Assembly (NCBI GenBank): GCA_017308115.1 | Contig: JAFKFS010000016.1 | Span: 37-64,036, forward strand | Length of the DNA: 64,000 nt | Direction of reading: 5' to 3' | Origin: Bordetella sp. | GTDB taxonomy: Bacteria; Pseudomonadota; Alphaproteobacteria; Caulobacterales; Caulobacteraceae | In this document: positions 52,482 through 62,798 of the stretch, one piece after another | Layout of the letters: every line of letters starts with the position of its first letter | Numbering within the stretch: position 1 is the stretch's first letter | Notes under the pieces: model-generated | Seen by the model: only the letters and a program-made list of their open reading frames with translations | Databases searched by the model: none | What the model was told of the DNA's origin: nothing | Translations under genes and position numbers: made by a program

Positions 52482-54140
52482 TCAGTCCTTCTTGTTGTCG
52501 ACGCCGTGGCCGAGCGCCTCGACCGCCGATTCCAGGGTCGTGTCCTCGGTGATGTCGATGCCCTTGGCCAGCTTCGAGTGGGCGAAGCCGTACAGGCCGT
52601 AGATCAGCGCCCCGACCAGGGCGTAAACGCCCAGGATGGTCAGCGGCAGCGGGTTGTCGTTCAGGGCGTGCGTCACCATCGGGATGAAGTTGAACGACGC
52701 CAGCGTCAGACAGGCCAGGATGCCCAGCACGGCCGTGACCATGCCGCCCGGCACCTTGAACGGGCGCTCCATCTCCGGGTGCTTGATGCGCAGGACGATG
52801 ACCGACAGGCAGACGATGGCGAAGGCCGTCGCCGTGCCCAGCGACACCAGGTCGCCCAGGATCGAGATCGGCAGGAAGGACGCCGCGATGGCGATGACGA
52901 TGCCCAGCAGGATGGTGCCGACCCACGGGGTGCGGAACTTCGGGTGCACCAGGGCGAAGGCCTTGGGCAGCAGGCCGTCGCGCGCCATGGTGTAGAAGAT
53001 GCGCGTCTGGCCGTAGCACAGCACCAGCATGACCGAGGACAGGCCGGTGATGGCGCCGATCTTGATCAGGAAGGCGATCAGGTTCAGCTGTCCGCTCGGC
53101 GCGGCGGCCAGCGGCACATTGGCCCATTCCAGACCCATGCGGTCGATGGCGACGGCGATCGGGGCGGGCGAGGCCAGCTCCAGATAGGGCACCACCCCGG
53201 TCATGACGGCGGCCACGACCATGTAGATCAGGGTGCAGACGAACAGGGCGCCCAGGATGCCGATCGGCACGTCCTTGGACGGGTTCTTGGCCTCGGCGGC
53301 GGCGGTCGAAACCGCTTCGAAGCCGACGTAGGCGAAGAAGATGATCGAGGCGCCGCGGAAGATGCCGCCCACGCCGAACTGGTCCCAGCTGTCGCCCTGC
53401 GGCGGAATGAAGGGGTCCCAGTTGGCCGGGTTGATGTACTGCAGGCCCACGGCGATGAAGGTCAGCAGGACGATGATCTTGATGACGACGATGGCGTTGT
53501 TGATGTTCGCCGATTCCGACACGCCCAGCACCAGCAGGCCGCACACGGCGGCGATGCCGACGGCCGCCACCAGGTTGAAGGTGCCGGTCAGCGGGAAGCC
53601 CGCGTCGGCGCCCGAGGCGACGTACTGGATCAGCGGCGTGGCCCACTGGGGTCCTTCGCCGCCGGGATAACTTATGGTCGGGAACAGACTGGCGCTCAGG
53701 CCGAAGTCGTTCAGGATCGACACGACGTAGCCGGACCAGCCGACCGCCACGGTCGAGGCGGCGACGCCGTACTCCAGCACCAGCAGCCAGCCCATGATCC
53801 AGGCGAAGATTTCGCCCAGGGTGCCGTAGGCGTAGGTATAGGCCGAACCCGACACCGGCATGGTCGAGGCCAGTTCGGCGTAGCACAGGCCCGCCAGGGC
53901 GCAGGCGATGCCCGCGATGACGAAGGAGAACATGATGGCGGGGCCGGCGTGGGCCGAGGCCACCTGTCCCGTCAGCACGAAGATGCCGGCGCCGATGATG
54001 GCGCCGATGCCCAGGCTCATCAGATTCATCGGACCGAGGGTCCGCTTCAGCTCGCTCTTGGCGGCCTCCTTCTGAATCTGGGCGATGGACTTCTTAAGAA
54101 ATAGCCGGTTACCGGCTGGCTTTACGCCATCTGCAGACAT
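52482..54140 (-). CDS. APC-family amino acid permease
   Basis: GIGAIIGAGIF, CYAELASTMPVSGSAY, FAYVGFE, QTRIFYTMARDGLLP. Confidence 0.93.
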   Translation of the reverse strand: MSADGVKPAGNRLFLKKSIAQIQKEAAKSELKRTLGPMNLMSLGIGAIIGAGIFVLTGQVASAHAGPAIMFSFVIAGIACALAGLCYAELASTMPVSGSAYTYAYGTLGEIFAWIMGWLLVLEYGVAASTVAVGWSGYVVSILNDFGLSASLFPTISYPGGEGPQWATPLIQYVASGADAGFPLTGTFNLVAAVGIAAVCGLLVLGVSESANINNAIVVIKIIVLLTFIAVGLQYINPANWDPFIPPQGDSWDQFGVGGIFRGASIIFFAYVGFEAVSTAAAEAKNPSKDVPIGILGALFVCTLIYMVVAAVMTGVVPYLELASPAPIAVAIDRMGLEWANVPLAAAPSGQLNLIAFLIKIGAITGLSSVMLVLCYGQTRIFYTMARDGLLPKAFALVHPKFRTPWVGTILLGIVIAIAASFLPISILGDLVSLGTATAFAIVCLSVIVLRIKHPEMERPFKVPGGMVTAVLGILACLTLASFNFIPMVTHALNDNPLPLTILGVYALVGALIYGLYGFAHSKLAKGIDITEDTTLESAVEALGHGVDNKKD

Positions 54141-54297
54141 GCAGGTGCGCCCCCAAACGTTTGCGACGACCCCTCCCGGGTCGCCTTCTTGGGCGGGGAC
54201 GCTAGCCATCTGAGGCCGTCGGCGCAACGCGGTTTACGACGGATGACGCGCCGACGACGCTTTCGTGACCCCGGCCGAAGGCGCTACAGCCCGTTTC

Positions 54298-56733
54298 ATG
54301 TTGCCGATTCACGCCGTTCTGGAGCCTCTGAAGGCCGCCCTGGCCCGGACCCCTGCGGTCGTGCTGGCCGCCCCGCCGGGCGCGGGCAAGACGACCGTCG
54401 TGCCTCTGGCCCTGCTGGATCAGCCCTGGCTCGGCCAGGGCAGGATTCTGGTGCTGGAGCCGCGACGCCTGGCCGCGCGCGCCGCCGCCGACCGCATGGC
54501 CGCGACCCTGGGCCAGCAGGCGGGCGGAACCGTCGGCTATCGCACGCGCCTGCAGAGCCGGATCGGCCCCGACACCCGAATCGAGGTGGTCACGGAGGGC
54601 GTCTTCACCCGGATGATCCTGGACGACCCGGCGCTGGACGGCGTCGGCGCCGTCTTGTTCGACGAATTCCACGAGCGCAGTCTGGACGCCGACCTGGGCC
54701 TGGCCCTGGCGCGCGAGAGCCAGTCGATCCTGCGCGACGACCTGCGTCTGCTGGTCATGTCGGCGACGCTCGACATCGCGGGGGTGTCGCGCCTGCTTGG
54801 GGACGCGCCCGTCATCGAGGCCGAGGGGCGGATGTTCCCGGTCGAGACCCTCTATCTTGGCCGCAACCCGGTGGAGCGGTTCGAGGACGCCATGGCCAAG
54901 GCCGTGGTTCAGGCCCTGCACGACCAGACCGGTTCGATTCTGGCCTTCCTGCCGGGGCAGGGCGAAATTCACCGTACCGTCCAACGCCTGAATGAGCGGT
55001 TGCGTGACCCGTCGGTCGATGTCGTCGCCCTGTACGGCGCGCTGGACAAGGGCGAGCAGGACCGCGCCATCGAACCGGCCGCGCCCGGTCGCCGCAAGGT
55101 GGTGCTGGCGACCTCGGTGGCCGAGACCAGCCTGACCATCGAGGGGGTGCGCGTGGTGATCGACGGGGGCCTGTCGCGCGTGCCGCGTTTCGAGCCGTCC
55201 AGCGGCCTGACCCGGCTGGCGACGGTCAGGGTCAGCCGGTCCTCGGCCGAGCAGAGGCGCGGCCGGGCGGGGCGGATCGAGCCCGGCGTCTGCTATCGCC
55301 TGTGGGACGCGGAACAGACGCGCGGCCTGGTCGCCCATCAGCGGCCCGAGATTCAGGAGGCGGACCTGACCGGCTTCGCCCTCGATCTGGCGCGCTGGGG
55401 GGCCAGGTCGGTCGAGGGGCTGGCCCTGCTGGACCCGCCGCCCGCCGGGGCCATGGCCGAGGCGCGCAAGGTCTTGACCCGGCTGGGCGCTCTGGACGCC
55501 AAGGGCGATCTGACGCCGCACGGTCGGCGGCTGGGCCGCATCCCCCTGGCGCCCCGTCTGGCGCACATGGTCGCGGCGGCATCGGATCAGGGCGACGCCC
55601 TGGGCGGGGCGAGGATCGCCGCGGTGCTCAGCGAACCGGGACTGGGCGGAAACGGCGTCGATCTGCACGACAGGCTGAAGGGGCTGGAGCGGGATCGCTC
55701 GCCGCGCGGCCGCGATGCGATGAAGCTGGCCGAACGCTGGGCGCGGGCGGCGGGCGGGGGCAGGGACGCAGAGGCCGACGCGGGCCTGCTGCTGGCCGAG
55801 GCCTTCCCTGAACGCATCGCGCGCGCCAAGGGCAGGCCGGGCGAGGTGCTGCTGGCCTCGGGCCGGGGCGCCTTCGTCGAGCCGACCGATCCCCTGGCGC
55901 GCGAGCCCTGGCTGGCCGTGGCGGAACTGGGCGGCGGCGACGCGCGCGACCGCATCCGGTTGGCGGCGGCGCTGGACGCGACGACTCTGGAAGCCGATCT
56001 GGCGCATCTGATCGAGGTGGAGGACCGCTTGGCGCGCGAGCCTTCCGGCAAGCCGATGATTCGTCGCATCCGACGAATCGGCGCCCTGGTGCTTGATGAA
56101 AAGGCGGTGGGCGCGCCGGATCGGGCGACCGTGACGGCGGCGCTGAAGTCGGAGATCGAGGCGGGCGGCCTCGGCGCCCTGAAGTGGGGGGAACAGGCGG
56201 GGGCGCTGCGGGCGCGCCTGGCCTTCCTGCGGGGCCTGGACGCGGCCTGGCCGGACATGTCGGACGAAGGCCTGCTGGCGGCGCGCGAGGACTGGCTCTG
56301 GCCGTTGCTGGACGGAGCGTCGTCGCCGGCCGACATCGGCGACGGCAGGCTGGCCGAGGCCCTGCGCGGCCTGATCCCCTGGGATCTGCAGCGCAGGCTG
56401 GACGAGCTGGCGCCGACGCGGCTGACCACGCCGCTGGGCAGCGCGGGCATCGACTACGCCGCCGAGGGCGGGCCGCGCGTCGAGATCCGGGTGCAGGAGT
56501 TGTTCGGGGTGAAGATCCATCCGAGCGTCGGCGGCGGCCGCGTCCCTCTGACGCTCAGCCTGCTGTCGCCCGCGCGGCGGCCGGTGCAGGTGACCAAGGA
56601 CCTGCCGGGCTTTTGGGCCGGGTCCTGGGCGGCGGTGCGCAGCGAGATGCGCGGCCGCTATCCGCGTCATCCCTGGCCCGAAGACCCGGCCAATGCGACT
56701 GCGACCAACCGGGCCAAGCCGCGCGGAACCTGA
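54298..56733 (+). CDS. hrpB: ATP-dependent helicase HrpB
   Basis: APPGAGKTT, EPRRLAAR, DEFHERS, MSAT, ATSVAETSLTI, QRRGRAGR, YPRHPWP. Confidence 0.95.
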   Translation: MLPIHAVLEPLKAALARTPAVVLAAPPGAGKTTVVPLALLDQPWLGQGRILVLEPRRLAARAAADRMAATLGQQAGGTVGYRTRLQSRIGPDTRIEVVTEGVFTRMILDDPALDGVGAVLFDEFHERSLDADLGLALARESQSILRDDLRLLVMSATLDIAGVSRLLGDAPVIEAEGRMFPVETLYLGRNPVERFEDAMAKAVVQALHDQTGSILAFLPGQGEIHRTVQRLNERLRDPSVDVVALYGALDKGEQDRAIEPAAPGRRKVVLATSVAETSLTIEGVRVVIDGGLSRVPRFEPSSGLTRLATVRVSRSSAEQRRGRAGRIEPGVCYRLWDAEQTRGLVAHQRPEIQEADLTGFALDLARWGARSVEGLALLDPPPAGAMAEARKVLTRLGALDAKGDLTPHGRRLGRIPLAPRLAHMVAAASDQGDALGGARIAAVLSEPGLGGNGVDLHDRLKGLERDRSPRGRDAMKLAERWARAAGGGRDAEADAGLLLAEAFPERIARAKGRPGEVLLASGRGAFVEPTDPLAREPWLAVAELGGGDARDRIRLAAALDATTLEADLAHLIEVEDRLAREPSGKPMIRRIRRIGALVLDEKAVGAPDRATVTAALKSEIEAGGLGALKWGEQAGALRARLAFLRGLDAAWPDMSDEGLLAAREDWLWPLLDGASSPADIGDGRLAEALRGLIPWDLQRRLDELAPTRLTTPLGSAGIDYAAEGGPRVEIRVQELFGVKIHPSVGGGRVPLTLSLLSPARRPVQVTKDLPGFWAGSWAAVRSEMRGRYPRHPWPEDPANATATNRAKPRGT

Positions 56734-56799
56734 TCGCGTCCGCTTGACGCCTGACGGCGGCGCGACGCAAAGATCGTGCGTCAACCCTAAGGATTTCGC

Positions 56800-58086
56800 G
56801 TGACCGACGCCGCCTTTTCGCCGCCGCCCGCCTCCAAGCGGCGCGTTCTGTTCGCCAGCCTGATCGGCACGACGATCGAGTTCTACGACTTCTACATCTA
56901 CGCCACCGCGGCGGTGCTGGTGTTTCCGGACCTGTTCTTCCCCGGGGGCGACCGGATGACGGCCATGCTGGCCTCGTTCGCCACCTTCTCCATCGCCTTC
57001 TTCGCCCGACCGGTCGGGGCCGTGGTCTTCGGCCACTTCGGGGACCGGGTGGGCCGCAAGGCGACCCTGGTGGCGGCCCTGATGACCATGGGGCTGTCGA
57101 CCATCGCCATCGGCCTGTTGCCGACCTGGCATTCGGTCGGGGTGATCGCCCCCCTGCTGCTGGCCCTGTGCCGGTTCGGCCAGGGGCTGGGCCTGGGCGG
57201 CGAGTGGGGCGGGGCGGTGCTGCTGGCGACCGAGAACGCTCCGCCGGGCAGGAAGGCCTGGTTCGGCATGTTCCCGCAGCTGGGCGCGCCGATCGGCTTC
57301 ATCCTGTCGACCCTGAGCTTCATCATCCTGGGTCAGCTGATGAGCGAGGGCCAGTTCATGGCCTGGGGTTGGCGCATCCCCTTCATCGCCAGCGCCCTGC
57401 TGGTCATCGTCGGCCTGTGGATGCGGCTGAAGATCACCGAGACGCCCGAGTTCAAGCGCGCCATCGACCGCGCCGAGCGGGTCCAGGCGCCCGCCCTGAC
57501 CCTGATCGCGCACCACAAGTTCGCCCTGCTGACGGGGACGCTGGCGGGGCTGGCGACCTTCGTCCTGTTCTACCTGATGACCGTCTTCGCCCTGGGCTGG
57601 GGCACGACGGCGATGGGCTACACGCGCGAGCAGTTCCTGCCGATCCAGTTGCTGGGCGTCTGCTTCTTCGGCCTGTTCATCCCGCTGGCGGCCCTGGCGG
57701 CGGATCGCTGGGGGCAGGGGCGGACCTTGCTGGCGACCTCTGTCGCCATCGCCCTGTTCGGCCTGGGGCTGCCGGCCCTGTTCGGCGGCGGCATGGCGGG
57801 GGTCGTCGCCTTCTTCATAATCGGCTTCAGCCTTATGGGCTGCACCTACGGCCCGCTGGGCGCGGCGCTGGCGCGGCCCTTCCCGACGACGGTGCGCTAT
57901 ACCGGCGCGTCGATGACCTTCAACCTGGCGGGCATCCTCGGCGCGTCGCTGGCGCCCTATGCCGCGACCTGGCTGGCGGGCCGTTACGGGCTTCAGGCGG
58001 TCGGCGCCTATCTGACGGTGGCGGCCCTGCTGACGGTCTTGGCCCTGATCGGCATGGGCCGCATCCGGACCGAGGGCGAGGCCTAG
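56800..58086 (+). CDS. MFS transporter (metabolite:H+ symporter family)
   Basis: GTTIEFYDF, FGHFGDRVGRK, GLGGEWGG, GWRIPF. Confidence 0.93.
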   Translation: MTDAAFSPPPASKRRVLFASLIGTTIEFYDFYIYATAAVLVFPDLFFPGGDRMTAMLASFATFSIAFFARPVGAVVFGHFGDRVGRKATLVAALMTMGLSTIAIGLLPTWHSVGVIAPLLLALCRFGQGLGLGGEWGGAVLLATENAPPGRKAWFGMFPQLGAPIGFILSTLSFIILGQLMSEGQFMAWGWRIPFIASALLVIVGLWMRLKITETPEFKRAIDRAERVQAPALTLIAHHKFALLTGTLAGLATFVLFYLMTVFALGWGTTAMGYTREQFLPIQLLGVCFFGLFIPLAALAADRWGQGRTLLATSVAIALFGLGLPALFGGGMAGVVAFFIIGFSLMGCTYGPLGAALARPFPTTVRYTGASMTFNLAGILGASLAPYAATWLAGRYGLQAVGAYLTVAALLTVLALIGMGRIRTEGEA

Positions 58087-58895
58087 AGGCTGGAGCCGTA
58101 GGCGGCGTCCGTCACGGCGTAGACCATGATCCCCGTGGCGACGGCCAGGTTGAGGCTGTCGGCCCGGCCGCGCATCGGAATCTTGACGTTCAGGTCGCAG
58201 GCGGCGGCCAGGTCGTCGGTCAGGCCCGCCTGTTCATTGCCCATCAGGATCAGGGCCGGATGACGCACGGGGCTGTCGCGATAGCCGTGCGTCGCGTCCA
58301 GGCGGGTGCCGATCACGCTGCCCGGCCATGAGGCGCGCCAGGCCAGGAATTCCTCGCGCGTCGCCTTGCTGATGGTCACGGCGAAGACCGAACCCATGGT
58401 CGCCCGCACCGCCTCGACCGAAAAGGGATCGACGCAGTCGCCGATCAGGACGACCCCGCCGCAACCGGCCGAGTCCGCCGTGCGGATGATGGTGCCCAGA
58501 TTGCCCGGATCGCGCACCTGCTCCAGCGCCACCCAGCAGGCGCCGGCGTCGGGCTTGATGGCGTCCAGCGGCGTGTAGACCTGTTCAAACACGCCCAGCA
58601 CCGTCTGCGGATTGTCGCGGCGGCTGATCTTTTCGAGGATGGCGTGGGTGACGACGATGATCTGGCCGCCGGCCTTCTTCGTCTCGGCCTTGGCGCGATC
58701 CAGCAGCGGATGCGGCCGGGCGTCCTGACCCACCAGCAGCATGACCGGGGCGCGCCCCTGGTCCAGCGCTTCGCCGATGAATTTCAGCCCCTCGGCCAGG
58801 AAGCGGCCCGTCGCTTCCCGCTCCTTTCGCATGTGCAGGGCGCGCACGGCCTTGATGGTGTCGTTCGTCAGGGAGGTGATGAGGCGTTCGGACAT
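58083..58895 (-). CDS. TrmH/SpoU family RNA methyltransferase
   Basis: DPGNLGTIIRTA, VRATMGS, MGNEQAGL, IPMRGRADSLNLA. Confidence 0.93.
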   Translation of the reverse strand: MSERLITSLTNDTIKAVRALHMRKEREATGRFLAEGLKFIGEALDQGRAPVMLLVGQDARPHPLLDRAKAETKKAGGQIIVVTHAILEKISRRDNPQTVLGVFEQVYTPLDAIKPDAGACWVALEQVRDPGNLGTIIRTADSAGCGGVVLIGDCVDPFSVEAVRATMGSVFAVTISKATREEFLAWRASWPGSVIGTRLDATHGYRDSPVRHPALILMGNEQAGLTDDLAAACDLNVKIPMRGRADSLNLAVATGIMVYAVTDAAYGSSL

Positions 58896-59806
58896 CAGGC
58901 GCGCCCCCCGTCGCTGCTCCAGCGCGCGAAGAAGCTGAGGCCGATGGCGCGGGCGTCCGGCCCGTCCTCCGACAGGGCCAGTTCGCCCCAGTCGATGCGC
59001 CCGCCGCGATCGTGCGTCGCCTCGGCCATCATGTGCGCCAGCGACAGGCCGGAAATCCGCGCCGCATAGGCGTTCAGCAGCAGGAAGGAGGCGTTGTCGG
59101 ACAGAAGGGCGGCGCAGTCCTTCAGCAGGCCCGGCATGTCCTCGAACAGGCGCCAGACCTCGCCGTTGGCGCCGCGTCCGTATTTCGGCGGGTCCAGGAT
59201 GACGCCGTCGTATTTCGAGCCCCGCCGCACCTCGCGCGCCACGAATTTGCGGGCGTCCTCGACGATCCACCGGATCGGGCGGTCGGCCAGACCCGACAGT
59301 TCGGCGTTCTCGCGCGCATAGGTCACGGACTTCTTGGAGGCGTCGACGTGGGTGACCTGGGCGCCCGCCGCCGAGCAGGCCAGGCTGGCGACGCCGGTGT
59401 AGCCGAACAGGTTGAGGATTTTCGGCTGCTTCAGGGTGCGGACGCGCGCGTCCAGCCATTCCCAGTTGGCGGCTTGTTCGGGGAAGAAGGCCAGGTGGCG
59501 GAACGGGGTGAAGCGCCCCATGAACCGCACCTCGCGCCACTTCAGCGGAAAGGCGTCGATCGGCCCGTGCTGGTCGAAACGCCAGCGGCCGGAATCCTCT
59601 TCCTCCTGCTGCGGGTCGAACATGGCGTTGGCGCGCTGGAAGGCGGCTTCATCGCGGGCCTTCCAGAAGCACTGGGGCTCGGGCCTTACGACGGTGTAGC
59701 GACCGTAACGCTCCAGCTTGCGGCCGTCGCCGCTGTCCAGAAGAGCGTAATCCGACCACCCGCGCGTGACGAGGGTTTCGGGCGTGGGAGAGAGAACCGG
59801 GGCCAT
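58895..59806 (-). CDS. Class I SAM-dependent methyltransferase (RlmI/RlmK-like)
   Basis: DYALLDSG, FPEQAANW, LNLFGYTG, HVDAS, VILDPP. Confidence 0.88.
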   Translation of the reverse strand: MAPVLSPTPETLVTRGWSDYALLDSGDGRKLERYGRYTVVRPEPQCFWKARDEAAFQRANAMFDPQQEEEDSGRWRFDQHGPIDAFPLKWREVRFMGRFTPFRHLAFFPEQAANWEWLDARVRTLKQPKILNLFGYTGVASLACSAAGAQVTHVDASKKSVTYARENAELSGLADRPIRWIVEDARKFVAREVRRGSKYDGVILDPPKYGRGANGEVWRLFEDMPGLLKDCAALLSDNASFLLLNAYAARISGLSLAHMMAEATHDRGGRIDWGELALSEDGPDARAIGLSFFARWSSDGGRA

Positions 59807-59823
59807 GGGCGCTGATTAGGCGC

Positions 59824-61245
59824 TCAGGCGGTCGCTCGTCCAGCGTCGGCGCCGACCAGCGTCTTTATCTCCACATCGGGCTCGGCCTCATGAGGGGTCT
59901 TGTCCCAATGATGCGGCTCGAAGACCAGGCGGATGGCGGCATGGACGAAGGCCAGGCTGAGCAGGCACCAGTAGACGAGGGAGGCCAGCATGTCGCCCAG
60001 ACCGTAGGCGCCGCCCGCCCGCCGCGTTCCACGATGCTTCAGAAGCCAGGCCGCGATTACGCCTGCGACCAGCACGGCCGTGCCCTGCGGCGAGAAGGCC
60101 GGGAGGCGGCCTGCGACGACGGACGTCAGGGCCAGGCAGAAGATCCAGGCGACGCAGACGGCGTGAATGGCGGCGGAGGTCACCCCGACGCCCACGGTGG
60201 CGGCCAGGGCCGTCCAACCGCGCCAGCCCATTCCGCCGGCATAGCGCGTATGGACGGCCAGGGTCTGGAGATAGCCTTTCAGCCAGCGGGTGCGCTGGGG
60301 CAGCCACAGGTGAAGAGGGCCGGGCGGCGGCTCATAGGTCGGCCTGTCGATGACGCCCAGCCGATAGCCCGCGCGCCAGACCCGGAAGCCCAGATCCGCG
60401 TCCTCGGTGACGTTCCAGGCGTCCCACCCGCCCAGCGCCCGCAGGGCCGGTACGCGGAAATGATTGCTGGTTCCGCCCAGGGGGAAGGGCAGGCCCAGGC
60501 GGCTCATGGCGGGCAGGGTGACTTCGAACAGGGCGGCGTATTCGGCGGCGAACTGCCGGTCGAGAAAAGGGCTGGGGCTGGCCTTGCCCCGCCGTCGGAT
60601 GCGCAGCGGGGCCTGGAGGCAGGCCAGGCTTTCGCCTTCCCGGATGAAGCGCGCCGCCGCCTCCTGCAATTGCAGCGGGTCGGGGTCGTCTTCGGCATCA
60701 TAGATGGTGATGAAGTCGCCGGAGCAGCGCGACAAGGCGTGATTCAACGCCCGAGGCTTGGTCTTCGGGGCGCCGGGCGGCACGATCAGCACCTCAAGCC
60801 AGGACGGCCGCGCCAGGTTCTGCGCCGCTTCGATGGTTGCGACGTCGTGCGCCTCAAGCGCCAGAAAACCTTCGAGCCGGTCGTGGGGATAGTCGATCTC
60901 GGACAGCCGCTGGATCAACTGGGGCAGGATGGCCGTCTCCTGGTACAGCGCCGCCACCACCGTGTAACGGGGCCATGAGTCCGAAGGCGTCGAGCGCATC
61001 GGCGACAGGTCGGGCGAGGGTCGCCTCCGGCTGCTCCAGAGCAGGTACAGCCTCCAGACGGCCAGGCTCAGGAAGCCGATCTGCAGGCCCAGCAACACGG
61101 CCGAGCCCGATATGGGCGCGACATGGGCCGCGGCCACGATCACGATGGACAGAATGGCGAGACTCATCCCCTGACCGAGCGTCAGCGTTATGCGCGCGGA
61201 CCTCAAGGCGTCGGCTCCCGCCAGGGCGACCCTTCCCCTTCGCAT
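59824..61245 (-). CDS. Processive family-2 glycosyltransferase, membrane-embedded (start uncertain; alternative 61167)
   Basis: KPRALN, IYDAED, TEDADLG, QRTRW (D,D,D,QxxRW); TM helices at both ends. Confidence 0.88.
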   Translation of the reverse strand: MRRGRVALAGADALRSARITLTLGQGMSLAILSIVIVAAAHVAPISGSAVLLGLQIGFLSLAVWRLYLLWSSRRRPSPDLSPMRSTPSDSWPRYTVVAALYQETAILPQLIQRLSEIDYPHDRLEGFLALEAHDVATIEAAQNLARPSWLEVLIVPPGAPKTKPRALNHALSRCSGDFITIYDAEDDPDPLQLQEAAARFIREGESLACLQAPLRIRRRGKASPSPFLDRQFAAEYAALFEVTLPAMSRLGLPFPLGGTSNHFRVPALRALGGWDAWNVTEDADLGFRVWRAGYRLGVIDRPTYEPPPGPLHLWLPQRTRWLKGYLQTLAVHTRYAGGMGWRGWTALAATVGVGVTSAAIHAVCVAWIFCLALTSVVAGRLPAFSPQGTAVLVAGVIAAWLLKHRGTRRAGGAYGLGDMLASLVYWCLLSLAFVHAAIRLVFEPHHWDKTPHEAEPDVEIKTLVGADAGRATA

Positions 61246-61368
61246 CGCCGTCCTCCCGTACGAAGATCAACGTTATATTTGCGGGTCTGTAAAGCGAAGT
61301 ATTTGGCCTGGGAGGCCTTTTGCGGCTATCACGGCGTTCACACGGAAGTTCATGCTGGGAGCACTCGA

Positions 61369-62001
61369 GTGTCGACCGCATCTGCCGCATCGTCGCGTTC
61401 GACACGAAAACCCAAGGGCGAGGGACACGAACGTCGCGCGGAAATCCTGGCCGCGGCGGAGCGCATTTTCGTCGAGCGGGGCTATGAGGGCGCCACCATA
61501 CGCAAGATCGCGGATGAGGTGGGGCTGTCGTCGACCGCCCTCTACATGCATTTCGCGGACAAGGGCGAGATCCTCAATGAGATCTGCCGCAACGCCTTCG
61601 ACACCCTGGCGGAGGAGCATCGCCGGATTCTGGCGCAGGATGCGCCGCCCCTGACGCGGTTGCGGCGTATCGTCGAGAACTACGTCGCCTTCGGATTCGC
61701 CAATCCCAACGCCTACCGGCTGGCCTATCTGACGCCGCCCGTGCAGACCGGTCCCGGCGCCGAAAGCCTGGCCCAGCAGAGCGGGGCCGAACTGTTCCGC
61801 GCCTTCGTCAGCGTGGTCGAAGAGGCGGTGCGCCAGGGCGAACTGAAGGGCGATCCCCGCACCCTGGCGCAGGTCATCTGGGCCAGCGCCCACGGACTGG
61901 TCGCCATCATGACGACCAAGCCCTATTTCGAGTGGGCGGACCGGGATACCCTGGTGCGCGCCCAGCTGGACGCCCTGTTCGCGGGCTTGACCGCTTCGTG
62001 A
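61369..62001 (+). CDS. TetR/AcrR family regulator
   Basis: IFVERGYEGATIRKIADEVGLSSTALYMHFADK; HG in the C-terminal helix. Confidence 0.9.
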   Translation: MSTASAASSRSTRKPKGEGHERRAEILAAAERIFVERGYEGATIRKIADEVGLSSTALYMHFADKGEILNEICRNAFDTLAEEHRRILAQDAPPLTRLRRIVENYVAFGFANPNAYRLAYLTPPVQTGPGAESLAQQSGAELFRAFVSVVEEAVRQGELKGDPRTLAQVIWASAHGLVAIMTTKPYFEWADRDTLVRAQLDALFAGLTAS

Positions 62002-62798
62002 AGCCCTGGATCGGCGCGATCATCGCGGCGCTCTCGCTCGCCGGGCTCGGCGGCGGCGCGGCTGCGGAGCCCTTGCGGGTCATGGCCCTGGATCAGTGCG
62101 CCGATCAGTTCGTTCTGGCGCTGGTCCCCGACGCCGAACTGGGCCTGTCGCCCAGGGCGGACGATCCGGATTCGCGTCTGCGCGGACAGGCCGAAGGCCG
62201 TCGCCGGGTCCGCCCGACCCTGGAGAGCGCCGTCGGCTTCCGACCGGACGTCGTCGTGCGCTACTGGGGCGGCGACGCCCGCCTGCTGGCCGCACTGGAG
62301 CGGGACGGCGTACGCACGGCGACCATCGCCGACGCCGCCGACATGGACGGCGTGCGCGCCAATGTCCGCGCTGTGGCCAAGGCGCTGAATCAGCCCGAAC
62401 GGGGCGAGGCGCTGGTGCGGCGCATGGAGGCGCGGCTGGTCGAGGCGGCCGGGGCGGGGCGAGGGCGAGAGGCGGTCTATGTCACCGCCGCCGGATTCAC
62501 GACCGGACCGGGCTCCCTGATGGACGCCGTGCTGCGCGCGGCCGGGTTTCGGAACGGGATCGAGCGGCCGGGTTATCAGCCCCTGGGGCTGGAGAGCGTG
62601 GTGTTGAGCCCTCCCGCCCTGTTCGTGAGAGGATTCTTCGACCTGGCGCGCGCGGACTGGCGGGGCGCGGGCCGCCACCCGGCGATGCGGCGCGCGATGA
62701 GAGGACGAACGGCGGCGGACCTGCCCGGCGCCGTCCTGACCTGTCCCGCCTGGTTCGCGGCGGACGCCGCCGCAGAGCTGGCGGAGCAAGCGTCATGA
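61998..62798 (+). CDS. ABC transporter substrate-binding protein (BtuF/FecB-type)
   Basis: Signal peptide, RVMALDQCADQ, ESAVGFRPD, LESVVLSPP, LTCP; GTGA overlap with the TetR gene. Confidence 0.82.
   Translation: MKPWIGAIIAALSLAGLGGGAAAEPLRVMALDQCADQFVLALVPDAELGLSPRADDPDSRLRGQAEGRRRVRPTLESAVGFRPDVVVRYWGGDARLLAALERDGVRTATIADAADMDGVRANVRAVAKALNQPERGEALVRRMEARLVEAAGAGRGREAVYVTAAGFTTGPGSLMDAVLRAAGFRNGIERPGYQPLGLESVVLSPPALFVRGFFDLARADWRGAGRHPAMRRAMRGRTAADLPGAVLTCPAWFAADAAAELAEQAS

Noticed and set aside
54202-57516. 1104-aa minus-strand ORF
   Set aside because: Antisense to hrpB and the MFS gene; composition typical of a shadow frame
61246-61368. Cobalamin riboswitch upstream of the ABC operon
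   Set aside because: Region too short and lacks B12-box/GGGAA core motifs
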